A DNA stretch of 64,000 nucleotides from Acidobacteriota bacterium (GCA_963666055.2 CAXWPH010000015.1:288001-352000), one strand, 5' to 3'. Positions 9,551 to 20,395 are shown, counted from the stretch's first letter. Notes: generated by a model not told the origin, from the sequence alone. Translations and numbers: made by a program.

Positions 9551-10311
9551 CGGGCATCATCGTCGGTGCCGGCCGAGGGGCCCGGCTCAAGCCGGCGACT
9601 AGCGAAGCCCCCAAGTGCCTCATGGATGGCCTGGGTGGACGTCGCTTGCTCGACTGGATACTTCAGGCGCTTCGCCAAGGTGGTGTCGACGACATCGTCT
9701 TCGTCGGTGGCTATCGGATGAAGATGGTACAGGCGCTGTATCCGGAGCTGCGCTACTACCGTAACGATCGCTGGCAAGACAACAACATTCTGGCCTCGCT
9801 GATGTACGCTGCGTCGGAGTTCGACACCGACGTGATGGTTTCCTATTCGGACATCGTCTATCGCGATTCGATCGTGCAACGTTTGCGCGAAACGTCGGGC
9901 GACGTGGCGTTGGCGGTGGATATCAACTGGCGCCAGTCGTACCTGGGGCGCGTTGGACACGCCGAGTCGGAGGCCGAGAACGTCACTCTCGAGGGCGGGC
10001 AGGTTCGGCGCGTCGGGAAGCACCTACACGCCGACGCTGCCGACGCTGAGTTCATCGGCCTGGCCTACTTCTGCGCCGCAGCGGCGCGCACCATGCGCGA
10101 TCGATACCAGGAGCTCGAGGCTGGCCAGCCCGGGCCCTTTCAGCAGGCCGAGATGCTCGAGAACGCCTACCTAACCGACATGCTGCAGGAGCTCATCGAC
10201 ATGGGGCTCGACGTCAGGATGGCTGCGGTAGACGGCCCCTGGTTCGAGCTTGATACTCCGCATGACTTGGAACGAGCCCGACAATCCCTCACGCCGCTCA
10301 AGCGCGAATGA
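9547..10311 (+). CDS. Phosphocholine/phosphonate cytidylyltransferase (LicC/PntC-like NTP transferase)
   Basis: GAGRGARL...PKCL, NNILASL, YSDIVY, AEFIGL, WFELDT; GTGA-coupled to the MPnS-like gene. Confidence 0.8.
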   Translation: MTGIIVGAGRGARLKPATSEAPKCLMDGLGGRRLLDWILQALRQGGVDDIVFVGGYRMKMVQALYPELRYYRNDRWQDNNILASLMYAASEFDTDVMVSYSDIVYRDSIVQRLRETSGDVALAVDINWRQSYLGRVGHAESEAENVTLEGGQVRRVGKHLHADAADAEFIGLAYFCAAAARTMRDRYQELEAGQPGPFQQAEMLENAYLTDMLQELIDMGLDVRMAAVDGPWFELDTPHDLERARQSLTPLKRE

Positions 10312-11987
10312 TCGGCGGGCTGAGCAGCGCGGCGATCACCGATATCGCCAGGATCACCAACCAAAGAGCACTCGATCGAGCCGAGAGAATCGCCGGGTAG
10401 ACACCCTCCAAGTCGATCCCTCTGGAGCCCTCGCGTTCGTCCTCTCCGGCCCAGTGAACCAGGAACAGGGCGAACCAGAAGACCACCTGGTACTCCACGA
10501 AGATCAGGAACGGGCCCCAGAGCAGAGCGAAGAACGACATCAGCGACGCCGTACCGGCCCCCAGGTACACGCCCAGCTTCATCGGGTGCAACGCACGCCC
10601 GAGCGGCCTGAGCAGAATTCGTCCGATCGCCAAACCCAGCACAAGCAACACTGCTACGCCGACAGTTCCCATCTCGGCGAACACCTGGAGATAGAAGTTG
10701 TGCGGCATGTCGAACCAGCGGTTCTCTGCTCCCGACAGCTGGTAGTAGTTGAGCAACTCCCAGGTGAACGATCCAAATCCGATTCCGGCGATCGGGTAGT
10801 CACGACCCATACGCAGAGCTTCCCGGGCCAGCACGTCGCGCCCCCCCCGCGAGGATCTCCTCCATCTGAGGAACCGTCACCAGCGCACGCACATAGCGCA
10901 TCAGCTCTGTCCCAGGCATCAACCACGTCGCGATGCCCAGCGTAATGACCACGCCGATCACGGTCACGGCGGCGAAGCGGAGCCAGAGATCGCGATCCGT
11001 CTCACCCCGCAGCGCACGCCCGGCAACCCAGCCCGCTCCCACCATGAACGGCGACAGCAGCATCGAGCCTTGCATGAGGCGCGACTCCAGGGGAATCGTA
11101 ATCAACGCCGTGAGCACCAACGCCGCGATCGAGACGGCTCGCAACAACCGGTAGCGCGAGAACACCGCCACAGCCAAGGCCAGCGGTATCAGCAACGCGA
11201 TCGTGCCGCCGAACACTGTAGCGTCCGTCATCAGCCCGGAAGGCCAACCGTTAGCCAGTGGAAGTCCGTGCTCGGGGGCATACGTCTGCACCAACGCCAA
11301 CGCCAGGCTCAGGCAGGCACCGGCAAGGAGGGCCGCGATTGCCTCGCCGATCGACCAACGGTCCGTCTCGGAGTCGACGTCGGCGTCGCCGTGGCCCGAC
11401 CTACCGACTCGCCTGGCCGCCAACGCGACGAATAGCAGCGGGCCCAGCAGCAGGTTCATGCTCGCGAACACGAACGACATGACGGTGGCGTACGAGGTGT
11501 GGACCCGGGTGAACTGTGCCAACGGCCCTGCAGCCAACAGTCGGGCGATCGTCGGGCTGTAGCGAGCGCCGGCAATGAGCCCCGAGACGACGGCCAGCGA
11601 TGCGAACACCAGCATCGCCCACAACAGCAGGCGGTCTAAGCCTGCCGCAAACTGCCAGATTCGGCGACGCTCGCGAAGCATGAGGCCTGCCAACGCAGCG
11701 TAGATGAGATACAGGTGCAGGATGGCGTCGTAGCCGAGCAGCGTCTTCAAGGGAATGGGCAAGACCGGTGCGAGAAAGAGCACCCCGAGCATGGCGATCC
11801 GCGGCCGGTAGTAGCCCAGCAGCGCGGACGCCGCGACAGCGCCGGCGGTCACAACCTGCAGCCAGCCGGCGCCTCGCGTCACGTAGAACGGGTAGCCGAG
11901 CCCAGTGAGTGTGAACCCGAGCGCCAGGAAAAGGATCCCGCCCAGCGGGAGATTGCGTTGCCGCAACAGCTCGTGGTCGAGGTTCAT
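10298..11987 (-). pseudogene. O-antigen ligase/Wzy_C family membrane protein, +1 frameshift at a C8 tract (10841-10848)
   Basis: Multi-TM protein; RDYPIAGIGFGSF and MPHNFYLQVFAEMGTVG in the second frame; C7 would restore one ORF. Confidence 0.7.
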
Positions 11988-12622
11988 GAAGGTCGCATCG
12001 CCGGTGCGCGGCTGACGTGGGGGTTTCCGCGTACGGAGAATCGCAGAGGCTCGTGTTGCCACTGTTGCGCGTAGCCGACACCGACGCGTGGCCCGATGGC
12101 AATCGCCGCCGCTCGCAGCAGACGATCGCGCCGTCGCTCGATGCACAGCGGCCCGGGCATGGTCAGGTCGACCCCGTCGAGCCGGCGGGTGATGCCGAGC
12201 GCTTGGCACAGCTTGGCAGGTCCGGAGCAAAGGTCGGTATCGTCACGGGCCCGCTGGCGGCGCGCGCGCATTTCGTTCATGCCCTCTTCCGGCTGCAGCG
12301 CTCGAATCAGCACGGCGATGGGCTCGCCAACTCGCCCGGCCACCGCGTTCACGCAATGGTGCATGCCGTAGACGAAGTAGACGTAGGCGTGGCCGCCATC
12401 GCCCCACATGCTCTCGTTGCGGGCGCTCCGCCGCCCCCCGTAGGTGTGCGCCGCCTTGTCCTGAACCCCGAGATAAGCCTCGGTCTCGACGATCACCCCC
12501 GACGTTCGTACCCCTCCGACGGCGCTTACGAGCCGCTGTCCGAGCAGGGCGCGCGCCAGCGTCGCCGCGTCGCGCCGAAAGAAGCGTTGTGACAGGTGCG
12601 CCGCTAAAGATCGTGTCGTCAT
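11984..12622 (-). CDS. DNA-3-methyladenine glycosylase (MPG/AAG family)
   Basis: IVETEAYLG, YVYFVYGMHHCVN, AVLIRAL, SGPAKLCQALGI, RVGV. Confidence 0.92.
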   Translation of the reverse strand: MTTRSLAAHLSQRFFRRDAATLARALLGQRLVSAVGGVRTSGVIVETEAYLGVQDKAAHTYGGRRSARNESMWGDGGHAYVYFVYGMHHCVNAVAGRVGEPIAVLIRALQPEEGMNEMRARRQRARDDTDLCSGPAKLCQALGITRRLDGVDLTMPGPLCIERRRDRLLRAAAIAIGPRVGVGYAQQWQHEPLRFSVRGNPHVSRAPAMRPS

Positions 12623-12652
12623 GGGCTCAGTCTAGCCGGCCGTGGTGGACGG

Positions 12653-14374
12653 CTAGTAACCTCTCGCGGTCCCCGCGCCACGACGGTCTGCGTGGCCGGC
12701 GAGATAGCCCTCTGGCGTGCGCACGATGCCGGCGGCCATCCCGATGGCGCTGCGTTCGCGGAGCTCGTAGCCCATTCTCCAAAGTTCGGTCTGCGTCTCG
12801 GCGGAGATGGCGAAGCGTTCGTGATAAATGACATCCGGGAGCCACTGGCTGTGGATGCGCTGGGCGTCGATGGCGTTCTGGATGTCCATGCCCCAGACGG
12901 TGACGTTCAGATAGATCTGCAACACTGTGTTGATGATCGTCGGGCCGCCCGGGCTCCCCATCGTCATGAAGAACTCGCCGTCTCGACGGATGATGGACGG
13001 GGTCATCGACGACAGCGGGCGTTTGCCGGGCTCGATGGCGTTGGCTTCCGCACCCAGCAATCCGTACTGGTTGGGAACGCCCGGCTTGGCGGAGAAGTTG
13101 TCCATCTGGTTGTTCCACAGGAACCCGGTGCCGGTGGCTACGGCGCCCATGCCGTAGCCGCTGTTGAGGGTCGTGGTGACGGCGGCGACGTTGCCCCACC
13201 GGTCGACGACGGTGTAGTGCGTCGTCTCTTCGGACTCCGCCTGCCCGTGCGCGACGCCGTCGCTGTCGCCGGCAAGGCCATCGGCCGGCAGCAGACGTCG
13301 GCGCCGTTCGATGTATCGGGACGAGGTCAAGCGTGCCACGGGGACGTCGAAGAAACTCGGGTCTCCTAGCCAGTAATTGCGGTCGGCGAACGCCAGCCGC
13401 TGCGCCTCGGTGATCATCGAGATCGCTTTCGAGGAGTGGTAGCCGGCCGCCTTCATCGTCGGCACGTGCAGCAGTCCGAGCATTTGCGCGATGGTCATGC
13501 CACCCGAGCTCGGCACTGGGTGGGTGATCCACTCGTAGTCGCCGTGCGTGAACAAGAGGGGCGCACGCCAAGCGGCGCTGTAGCTCTCGAGGTCTGCGTG
13601 GGTGATCAGCCCATCGTGAGCCTGCATGTCGGCGACGATGAGATCGGCGACGTGCCCCGAATAGAACCCGGCGCGGCCCTCTCGCGAGACCGTCTCCAGC
13701 GTGTTCGCCAAGTCGGACTGGACGAGCCCGGTACCCATTGGTGGCCCATCTCCATCCAACCCGAATGCGGCGACAGTTGCCGGAAACTGGCGCAGCTTGT
13801 CTGACCGCCGCAGGCTGCTGCTGAGCCGGTACGAAACCGGGAAGCCATCACGTGCCAGGGTGATAGCGGGGGCCAGCACTTGCTGGCGGCTCAAGTTGCC
13901 GTATTGCTCCACCAGCTTGAGCATGCCGTCGACGCTTCCAGGCACGCCGACGGCCTGGTGCGTGCGCGTGCTGAGCCCGTCGATCATCTCGCCGTCGGCG
14001 TCGAGATACATGTCGCGGGCGGCTGCCGACGGAGCCGCTTCGCGGAAGTCGAGCGCGAACGGCTCCGCGTCGGCCGGCAGGCCGACGAGGAAGCCACCGC
14101 CACCGATGTTGCCGGCACTGGGATAGGTCACCGCGAGCGCGAAATGCACCGCTGCCGTGGCGTCGAAGGCGTTGCCGCCCGCCTCGAGAATCGCTACCCC
14201 CACGTCGGTGGCGAAGGGCTCGGGCGAAGCCACCATTCCGTTGGCCGCGACGGTGGGGCCGGTTGGCAGCGCGGCCGGCGCCAACGCCACGCTTGCTGTC
14301 GTGATGACGAGCCCAAGCAGGGAGGCGTGAGCTATCACCTTGCAGCGATCAAATCGGAGCTTACGTGGGGTCAT
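12653..14374 (-). CDS. ggt: Gamma-glutamyltransferase
   Basis: Signal peptide; GGNAFDA, GNIGGGGF, DFREAAP, ETTHYTVVD, NNQMDNF, RPLSSMTP, GSPGG; start 14374 overlaps the upstream stop. Confidence 0.92.
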   Translation of the reverse strand: MTPRKLRFDRCKVIAHASLLGLVITTASVALAPAALPTGPTVAANGMVASPEPFATDVGVAILEAGGNAFDATAAVHFALAVTYPSAGNIGGGGFLVGLPADAEPFALDFREAAPSAAARDMYLDADGEMIDGLSTRTHQAVGVPGSVDGMLKLVEQYGNLSRQQVLAPAITLARDGFPVSYRLSSSLRRSDKLRQFPATVAAFGLDGDGPPMGTGLVQSDLANTLETVSREGRAGFYSGHVADLIVADMQAHDGLITHADLESYSAAWRAPLLFTHGDYEWITHPVPSSGGMTIAQMLGLLHVPTMKAAGYHSSKAISMITEAQRLAFADRNYWLGDPSFFDVPVARLTSSRYIERRRRLLPADGLAGDSDGVAHGQAESEETTHYTVVDRWGNVAAVTTTLNSGYGMGAVATGTGFLWNNQMDNFSAKPGVPNQYGLLGAEANAIEPGKRPLSSMTPSIIRRDGEFFMTMGSPGGPTIINTVLQIYLNVTVWGMDIQNAIDAQRIHSQWLPDVIYHERFAISAETQTELWRMGYELRERSAIGMAAGIVRTPEGYLAGHADRRGAGTARGY

Positions 14375-14667
14375 TCGGGAGCCTCCATGGTCGGTAGGAT
14401 GCGACCCACATCGCCGAGTTGGCGGAAGAACCAGAACATCCCGAGCACCATGGCGATCAGCGCCACCACCATGGCGACCAGCGAGATCTTGTTCCAGCGC
14501 GACAGCTTGATCGGCCCGGGGTGCGGCGCGTGCTCGCGAGCCGCTTCGATGAGGCGATCGGCGCAAGGCGGGCACTCCTTGCAGTGGGCGATGATGCGGG
14601 CCTTCTTGCGATCGCCGAGCTCGTCCCGCCCGAAGTTGACCAGATCCGATTCCGACAGGTGCGTCAT
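14371..14667 (-). CDS. Small zf-HC2 (anti-sigma-like) membrane protein
   Basis: H...AHCKECPPC (HxxxCxxC) followed by one TM helix. Confidence 0.6.
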   Translation of the reverse strand: MTHLSESDLVNFGRDELGDRKKARIIAHCKECPPCADRLIEAAREHAPHPGPIKLSRWNKISLVAMVVALIAMVLGMFWFFRQLGDVGRILPTMEAPE

Positions 14668-14762
14668 GCACCCCTTCATACCACTCGAGGCGCAACACCT
14701 CGACCGGATCTGTCGGCGAATTTTTTCTTGAAACAAGAAGAAAGATCGGCCGTACTCATGGC

Positions 14763-15089
14763 ATGAGCCGATCCACATCGTTGAACGAGATCGAGCAGTT
14801 CGTGCTGTTGTCGCTGGCGCGGCTGGGCGCCGATGCATACGGCGTCACCGTGCGCGAGGAGATAGAGGTACGGGCACGGCGGTCGGTATCGATGGCAGCG
14901 GTGTACGCGGCGCTCGATCGACTGCAGCGGCGCGGCTATGTGCAGGCCTGGCTGTCGGAGCCGATTCGTGAGCGCGGCGGACGGGCACGCAAGCACTTTC
15001 GCGTTCGCCCCGCCGGCGAACGCGCCCTGGCTGATGCTCACGAGGCCATGCAGCGCATGTGGGACGGCGTCGAGCTGGAATCGCGATGA
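14763..15089 (+). CDS. PadR family transcriptional regulator (acidobacterial type)
   Basis: AYGVTVREEI, VYAALDRLQRRG, RGGRARKHF; coupled to the ADOP gene. Confidence 0.85.
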   Translation: MSRSTSLNEIEQFVLLSLARLGADAYGVTVREEIEVRARRSVSMAAVYAALDRLQRRGYVQAWLSEPIRERGGRARKHFRVRPAGERALADAHEAMQRMWDGVELESR

Positions 15090-17779
15090 GCGCCCAGCCG
15101 CCGCGGATTGCCAGTGCCTTGCTTCGCCGCATGCTGGCGCCGAAGCACCGACAGTTCATCCTCGATGACCTCTCCGAAGACTATCGGCGACGATTGCAAC
15201 GCGGCGATCTCCCCGCCGATGCCGCGGCATGGTACTGGCGCGAGCTCGTACGCTCCATCGGCCCGAGCCTTCGCCATCGTGCCGCTATCTCTCGGCAACA
15301 TCCCTCCAACCAGATCGACGCGAGCTCACCCATGGAAAGCACGTTTGCTGCCTTGATTCAGGCAACCCGCAGATTGGTGAAGGCGCCCGGTTTCAGCCTC
15401 GCTACCGTAGTTACGCTTGGGCTCGGGATCGGCGCCAACGCCGCCATCTTCAGCCTAGTGCACGGCGTGCTCATACGGCCGCTGCCCTATGGGGCTGCGG
15501 ATCGTCTCGTTGCTCTCGAACATTCCGCGCCCGGGCTCGACCTACCGGTGATCGGGCTCTCGTACGGTACCTACGTTCATTACATGGAGCACACGCGGAC
15601 GCTGGAGAACGCCGCCTTCATCGTGGAGACGTCGGCCAACCTGTCAGGCGAGGGCGAGCCGCAGCGCGTCAGCGTGGTAGAGACCATCCCGCCGCTGCTC
15701 GACACCCTCGGGATACGACCGCTGCTCGGACGCGACTTCACCGACGCCGACAACGCCACCTCCGAGCCCAACACGGTGATTCTCAGCCACGGCTTTTGGC
15801 AGCGTCGCTACGGCGGCGATCCCGGGATTATCGGGCGCACCTTGCGGATCAACAGCCGCCCCCGCGAGGTAATCGGCGTGCTGCCACGCGGAGTCGATTT
15901 TCCGGGCCCCGGCGTCGATCTGTACACCACCACCAACCCGAGCCCCGACGATATCCGCTTCGGCGGGCTCTTCCGATCCGGCGTCGGGCGCATGCGGCCA
16001 GGCGTAACCCCGGCGCAGGTGAAGGCCGAGCTCGACGGGCTCATTCCGGCGTTATCGGAGGTCTACGGCGTGCCGCCAGAAATGATCGAGAGCAGCGGCC
16101 TTGCGCTTCTCGTCGAGCCACTCAAGGACCACTTCCTGGGCGGCATCGGCCGGGCGCTTTGGGTGCTGCTCGGCAGCGTCGGGCTGCTGCTGATGATCGC
16201 CTGCGCCAACGTAGCCAACCTGTTCCTGGTGCGATCGGAGAGCCGTCGTCGCGAGGTGGCGGTGCGCCTGGCGCTGGGGGCGTCGCGGGTGCAGCTGGCC
16301 CGTTACTTCCTGTCCGAGGCGCTGCTGCTGGCCGGTGCCGGGTGCCTTCTCGGCCTGGCGATCGCCTACGCGGGGGTCGGTGCAGTGGTGGCGTCTGAGG
16401 CCGGCATCCCGCGCCTGCACGAGGTGCGTATTAGCGGCGAGGTGATCGCCTTCACCGCCTTGCTCGCCGGACTCGCTGGCGTGGCGCTGGGGTGTCTGCC
16501 GATGATCCGCTACGGGCGGCCCGACCTGGCATCGGCACTCAAGGACGACGCTCGGTCGTCCACGGCCTCGCGCCAGCAACATCGTGGCCGCAATTTTCTG
16601 GTCGCCGCGCAGGTTGCGCTGGCCCTCACGCTGCTGGTGGGATCAGCACTGATGGTGCAGAGCTTCTGGCGTCTGCGCGATGTCGACCTCGGCTTTCGCT
16701 CCAGAGGTGTTCTCACCGTCCAGATCGTTGCGCCGCCCAACGACTATGTTGCTTCCGACGACGTGGTGCGCTTGCTCGACAGCATCATCGAGCGAGTGGA
16801 AGCAATCCCCGGCGTGCAGCGGGCCGGCGCGATCAGCGCGCTGCCGTTGACTCCAGGGGTGCGCTTCGATCCGCTCTATGTCGAGGGCGGCGAGCTGGAT
16901 CCCAACGTGTTGCCGCCAGTCGTTACGTTCAAGCACGTCACTGCCGGTTACTTCGACGTGATGGGGATTCCGCTGCTCGAAGGCGCGCTGGTCGATCGCC
17001 ACAACTACGATGCCGCCGGTCGCTCGGTGATGGTCAACGCTGCACTGGCCGCTCAGATGTGGCCACAGGAATCGGCGCTGCAGAAACGAGCCGGGCAGGA
17101 TCTGTCGGGCGGACCGGTTTTCCACGCCGTAGCCGGCGTGGTGGGCAGCGTTCGCGACCGCGACATCGCCGATGATCCCACCCCGATCTTCTACTACCCG
17201 ATGCTCGTAGGAGCGATCGACGACGACACGTTCTCGTACACCTCCAGCCTGGTTGTGCGCACGGACGGTGATCCGCTGGCGTTCGCGGGCTCGATACGGG
17301 AGGTGGTCGCGGCGGTCGACGCCAACCTGCCGATTGCCAGCGTCCGTACGCTCGAGAACCTTGTCGCCAGCGCGTCGGTGCGTACCAGCTTCACCATGAC
17401 GCTGCTCATCATTGCGGCGGCGGTAGCGCTGTTTCTCGGCACCATCGGTCTTTACGGCGTGATCTCGTATACCGTCAGCCAGCGCTCGCGGGAGATCGGT
17501 CTGCGCATGGCGCTGGGGGCGCGCGCCGGCGACGTGAGGCAGATGATCTTGCGTGAAGGCGCCGTGGTGACGCTGGCGGGGGTGTTGATGGGGCTGCTTG
17601 CCGCTTTCGCGGTCACGCGGGCGCTCGACAGCCTGTTGTACGAGATCAACGCTGGCGATCCGGTGACCTTTGTTGCCATGGCGTTGTTGCTGCTGTGCGT
17701 GGCACTGGCGGCGACATACTTGCCGGCGCGCCGGGCTGCGGCGGTGCACCCGGCCATCGGGCTTCGATCGGGTCAGTAG
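15086..17779 (+). CDS. ADOP family duplicated ABC permease (MacB/FtsX domains)
   Basis: TLGLGIGANAAIFS, IACANVANL, REVAVRLALGA, QVALALTLLVGS, REIGLRMALGA, PARRAA. Confidence 0.9.
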   Translation: MSAQPPRIASALLRRMLAPKHRQFILDDLSEDYRRRLQRGDLPADAAAWYWRELVRSIGPSLRHRAAISRQHPSNQIDASSPMESTFAALIQATRRLVKAPGFSLATVVTLGLGIGANAAIFSLVHGVLIRPLPYGAADRLVALEHSAPGLDLPVIGLSYGTYVHYMEHTRTLENAAFIVETSANLSGEGEPQRVSVVETIPPLLDTLGIRPLLGRDFTDADNATSEPNTVILSHGFWQRRYGGDPGIIGRTLRINSRPREVIGVLPRGVDFPGPGVDLYTTTNPSPDDIRFGGLFRSGVGRMRPGVTPAQVKAELDGLIPALSEVYGVPPEMIESSGLALLVEPLKDHFLGGIGRALWVLLGSVGLLLMIACANVANLFLVRSESRRREVAVRLALGASRVQLARYFLSEALLLAGAGCLLGLAIAYAGVGAVVASEAGIPRLHEVRISGEVIAFTALLAGLAGVALGCLPMIRYGRPDLASALKDDARSSTASRQQHRGRNFLVAAQVALALTLLVGSALMVQSFWRLRDVDLGFRSRGVLTVQIVAPPNDYVASDDVVRLLDSIIERVEAIPGVQRAGAISALPLTPGVRFDPLYVEGGELDPNVLPPVVTFKHVTAGYFDVMGIPLLEGALVDRHNYDAAGRSVMVNAALAAQMWPQESALQKRAGQDLSGGPVFHAVAGVVGSVRDRDIADDPTPIFYYPMLVGAIDDDTFSYTSSLVVRTDGDPLAFAGSIREVVAAVDANLPIASVRTLENLVASASVRTSFTMTLLIIAAAVALFLGTIGLYGVISYTVSQRSREIGLRMALGARAGDVRQMILREGAVVTLAGVLMGLLAAFAVTRALDSLLYEINAGDPVTFVAMALLLLCVALAATYLPARRAAAVHPAIGLRSGQ

Positions 17780-17858
17780 AAGACACGGCTGCCTGTCGCG
17801 ACCGTTCGGGCACGGGGCAGCCCGACAGGCGAGCAGGCGGTTCCGTTACCATGGCCTA

Positions 17859-19259
17859 ATGAGCCGCTTGAGGATCATTCTGAGCTTGACCCTGGTCACG
17901 GCAGGATGCGCTCCCGACCTCGCTGAGCCTCCTCGCCGCGGCGTTGCGGCTGCGAAGCAGCGCGATCTCGGTGCGTCCGATGCTCAACGCGTGCGAGGCG
18001 CGCCGGATTACCGATCGGATGCCGCGATCGAGCGCCTTCCGACACTGGGGCGCATTGCCGGCTGGGATCGCGAGCGACTCTGGAGTCCCCATGTCGACTG
18101 GGAGCCAGCGGTGGCGGCAGACGCTCACTCCGACTGGGTCTACCAGATGGCAAGTCGCTACTACGCGCCACCCTGTGAAGGATGCCCCGACCCGATCATG
18201 GTCTTCCGGCGATCGCCCGACGGCGGTGCTAGCTGGGAGGATGATCGCTACCCGTTTACCGACGGCGGTTGGCAGAACGACCCACAGCTTGCGGTTGCCG
18301 CAGACGGGACCGTGTTCGCCGCCTGGCTGCAGGACTGGAGGCCGGGGGTACGATTTTCACGCTCGACCGACAACGGCATCACCTGGAGCGAGCCGGTGCA
18401 CTTCACCGGCGAGCGACAGCCGCGGTGGTCGGATCACCCGCTCCTGTTGATCTCCGACGACGGTCAGGACGTATACGTTGCGTTCAGCAACGGCGACAGC
18501 TGGATTGCGGCGTCCCACGATGGCGGGCTGACGTTCGACCCGGCGGTACGCACCAACGATGACGATCGGTACTGGTTTCAGACGGGCGGCGTGGTAACCG
18601 CCAGCGGCGAGGTGGTCCTTGCCGCCGTCGACTACTCCCAGAGCTACGAGGGCGAGGCGCACCTCAACGTGGTGCGGTCTACCGATGGGGGCGGGTCATG
18701 GGCCAGTGCCCGCGTCGACACCTCGGCCGAGCCCCCCGCGTGTGATTGGGCGGAGGGCTGTTACTTCGGATTCCTGGGGCCGCGCGCCGACCTTGCGGTC
18801 GATGCCGGCGGCACCTTCATGCTGGTGTACAACGCCGGTGTCCGCGGCGGTCGTTCGCAGCGCCTCTGGTATAGAACTTCGACTGACGCGATCCGGTGGG
18901 GCCCGCGCCGGCCGTTTCCACGCCCTTCACCGTCGGTCGACTTTGCGTTCCCGGTGGTCGTGGCCGGTCCGGAAGCCGGAGACTTCCGCATCGCCTGGAT
19001 GGACGACCGCCAGACCCCACAGGCGCGGTGGAACACCTGGCTGGTGCGCACCGCCGATGCCGGTGTTACCTGGAAGGGCCGCGTACGCCTGTCTGGCGGG
19101 GGCCCGGAGACCAGCTACTCCGACCTTGATGGGTACGCCTTCCCCTACGGTGACTACTTCCAGCTCGCCGTCGACGGCGATGGGCGCAACCACATTGTCT
19201 GGGGTGCCGGCGAGAGCTACGACGGTAGCGGCGGCGTCTGGTACACGCGCGGCCGCTGA
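17859..19259 (+). CDS. Sialidase-like/BNR (Asp-box) repeat lipoprotein
   Basis: Lipobox-like TAGC; repeated SxDxGxTW boxes (SPDGGASW, STDNGITW, SHDGGLTF, STDGGGSW). Confidence 0.7.
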   Translation: MSRLRIILSLTLVTAGCAPDLAEPPRRGVAAAKQRDLGASDAQRVRGAPDYRSDAAIERLPTLGRIAGWDRERLWSPHVDWEPAVAADAHSDWVYQMASRYYAPPCEGCPDPIMVFRRSPDGGASWEDDRYPFTDGGWQNDPQLAVAADGTVFAAWLQDWRPGVRFSRSTDNGITWSEPVHFTGERQPRWSDHPLLLISDDGQDVYVAFSNGDSWIAASHDGGLTFDPAVRTNDDDRYWFQTGGVVTASGEVVLAAVDYSQSYEGEAHLNVVRSTDGGGSWASARVDTSAEPPACDWAEGCYFGFLGPRADLAVDAGGTFMLVYNAGVRGGRSQRLWYRTSTDAIRWGPRRPFPRPSPSVDFAFPVVVAGPEAGDFRIAWMDDRQTPQARWNTWLVRTADAGVTWKGRVRLSGGGPETSYSDLDGYAFPYGDYFQLAVDGDGRNHIVWGAGESYDGSGGVWYTRGR

Positions 19260-19284
19260 GTGTTACGTCGGCAGGAGGACTCCG

Positions 19285-19985
19285 ATGATTACGCCACAGA
19301 GACTCCGTTTCGGCGCCACCATCGCGCTCATCGTCTTGCTGACGTTGACTGCCACGGGGGCGCTCGATCGTCTTGCACAGGAGAGATCGGACGCGGTGTT
19401 TCGACGCGCCCTGATCACCTTCGCAGCGGCGCGCGCGCTCGACGGCGCGATCTCCCTGGCGCAGGGTACCGAGATCGCTTTGCAACCGGCGGGGATAGGG
19501 GTGACGGTCAGCGCCGGCGAGTTGCTCGACCCGGTGAACGATCTGGTGGAGCAGTTCTCATCGCTGATGCTCATCGCCACGACGTCGCTGGGGCTGCAGA
19601 ACATGCTCCTGCGCGTCAGCCAGTGGTGGGTGCTCGGCGTGCTGTTAGGGTTGCTCGCCGTCGCCCGGGTCGCCGTGCTCTGGTACCCGAAGGCGGTCGA
19701 CGAGCCGGCTCGCCAGCTCATTGCCGGCGCGTTCGTCGTGGCGCTGGTCTTGCGGTTTGCACTACCGTTCTACGCGCTCGGCTCCGGCCTCTTCTTCGAG
19801 CACTTCCTGGCTCCCACGCAAACTGAGGCTGTCGGAGCCATCGAGCAGACCAGCGGCGACATCCGCGAGCCCGAGCGACTGGGCGTCGAAGGCGATCTCG
19901 ACACCGATGCAACCTGGATGCAGCGCGTCTCGGCGTGGTTCGCCGATACCGTCCAGCGCCTCGATGTCCGCGAACGCATCCGCGC
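19285..19985 (+). CDS. Hypothetical membrane protein, apparently 3'-truncated
   Basis: RBS AGGAGG; several TM segments; protein-like character lost after ...LDVRERI (frame stays open to 20166). Confidence 0.5.
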
Positions 19986-20122
19986 CGGATTCCAACGCCG
20001 CGGCGGCCAGGCCGCACCTGCTGCCCTTCATGACGAGAAAGCTGCTACCCTGGCTCCCGGACGGGGTGCGTACAGCGTGCGTTCCCCTTGTTGCAGAATC
20101 GTTGGATGGGAGTGTTTGGTAA

Positions 20123-20395
20123 GTGAAGAAGATCTACGTTGGAAACTTGTCCTGGGGCACCGGTGACACCGAGCTGCGCGAGTTTTTCTCCGCCTACGGT
20201 GAGGTGCACTCCGCGGCTGTAATTACCGACCGCGACACCGGTCGCTCGCGCGGCTTCGGATTCGTCGAGATGGATGATGCCGACGCCGAAAAAGCGATCT
20301 CTCAAGCCGATGGCCAGGACATGGATGGCCGGAGGCTGCGGGTCAACGAAGCACAGCCGCGTGGCGAGCGCGGCGGCGGCGACCGACGTTGGTAG
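20123..20395 (+). CDS. RRM RNA-binding protein
   Basis: IYVGNL (RNP2), RGFGFVEM (RNP1), Gly/Arg tail. Confidence 0.92.
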   Translation: MKKIYVGNLSWGTGDTELREFFSAYGEVHSAAVITDRDTGRSRGFGFVEMDDADAEKAISQADGQDMDGRRLRVNEAQPRGERGGGDRRW

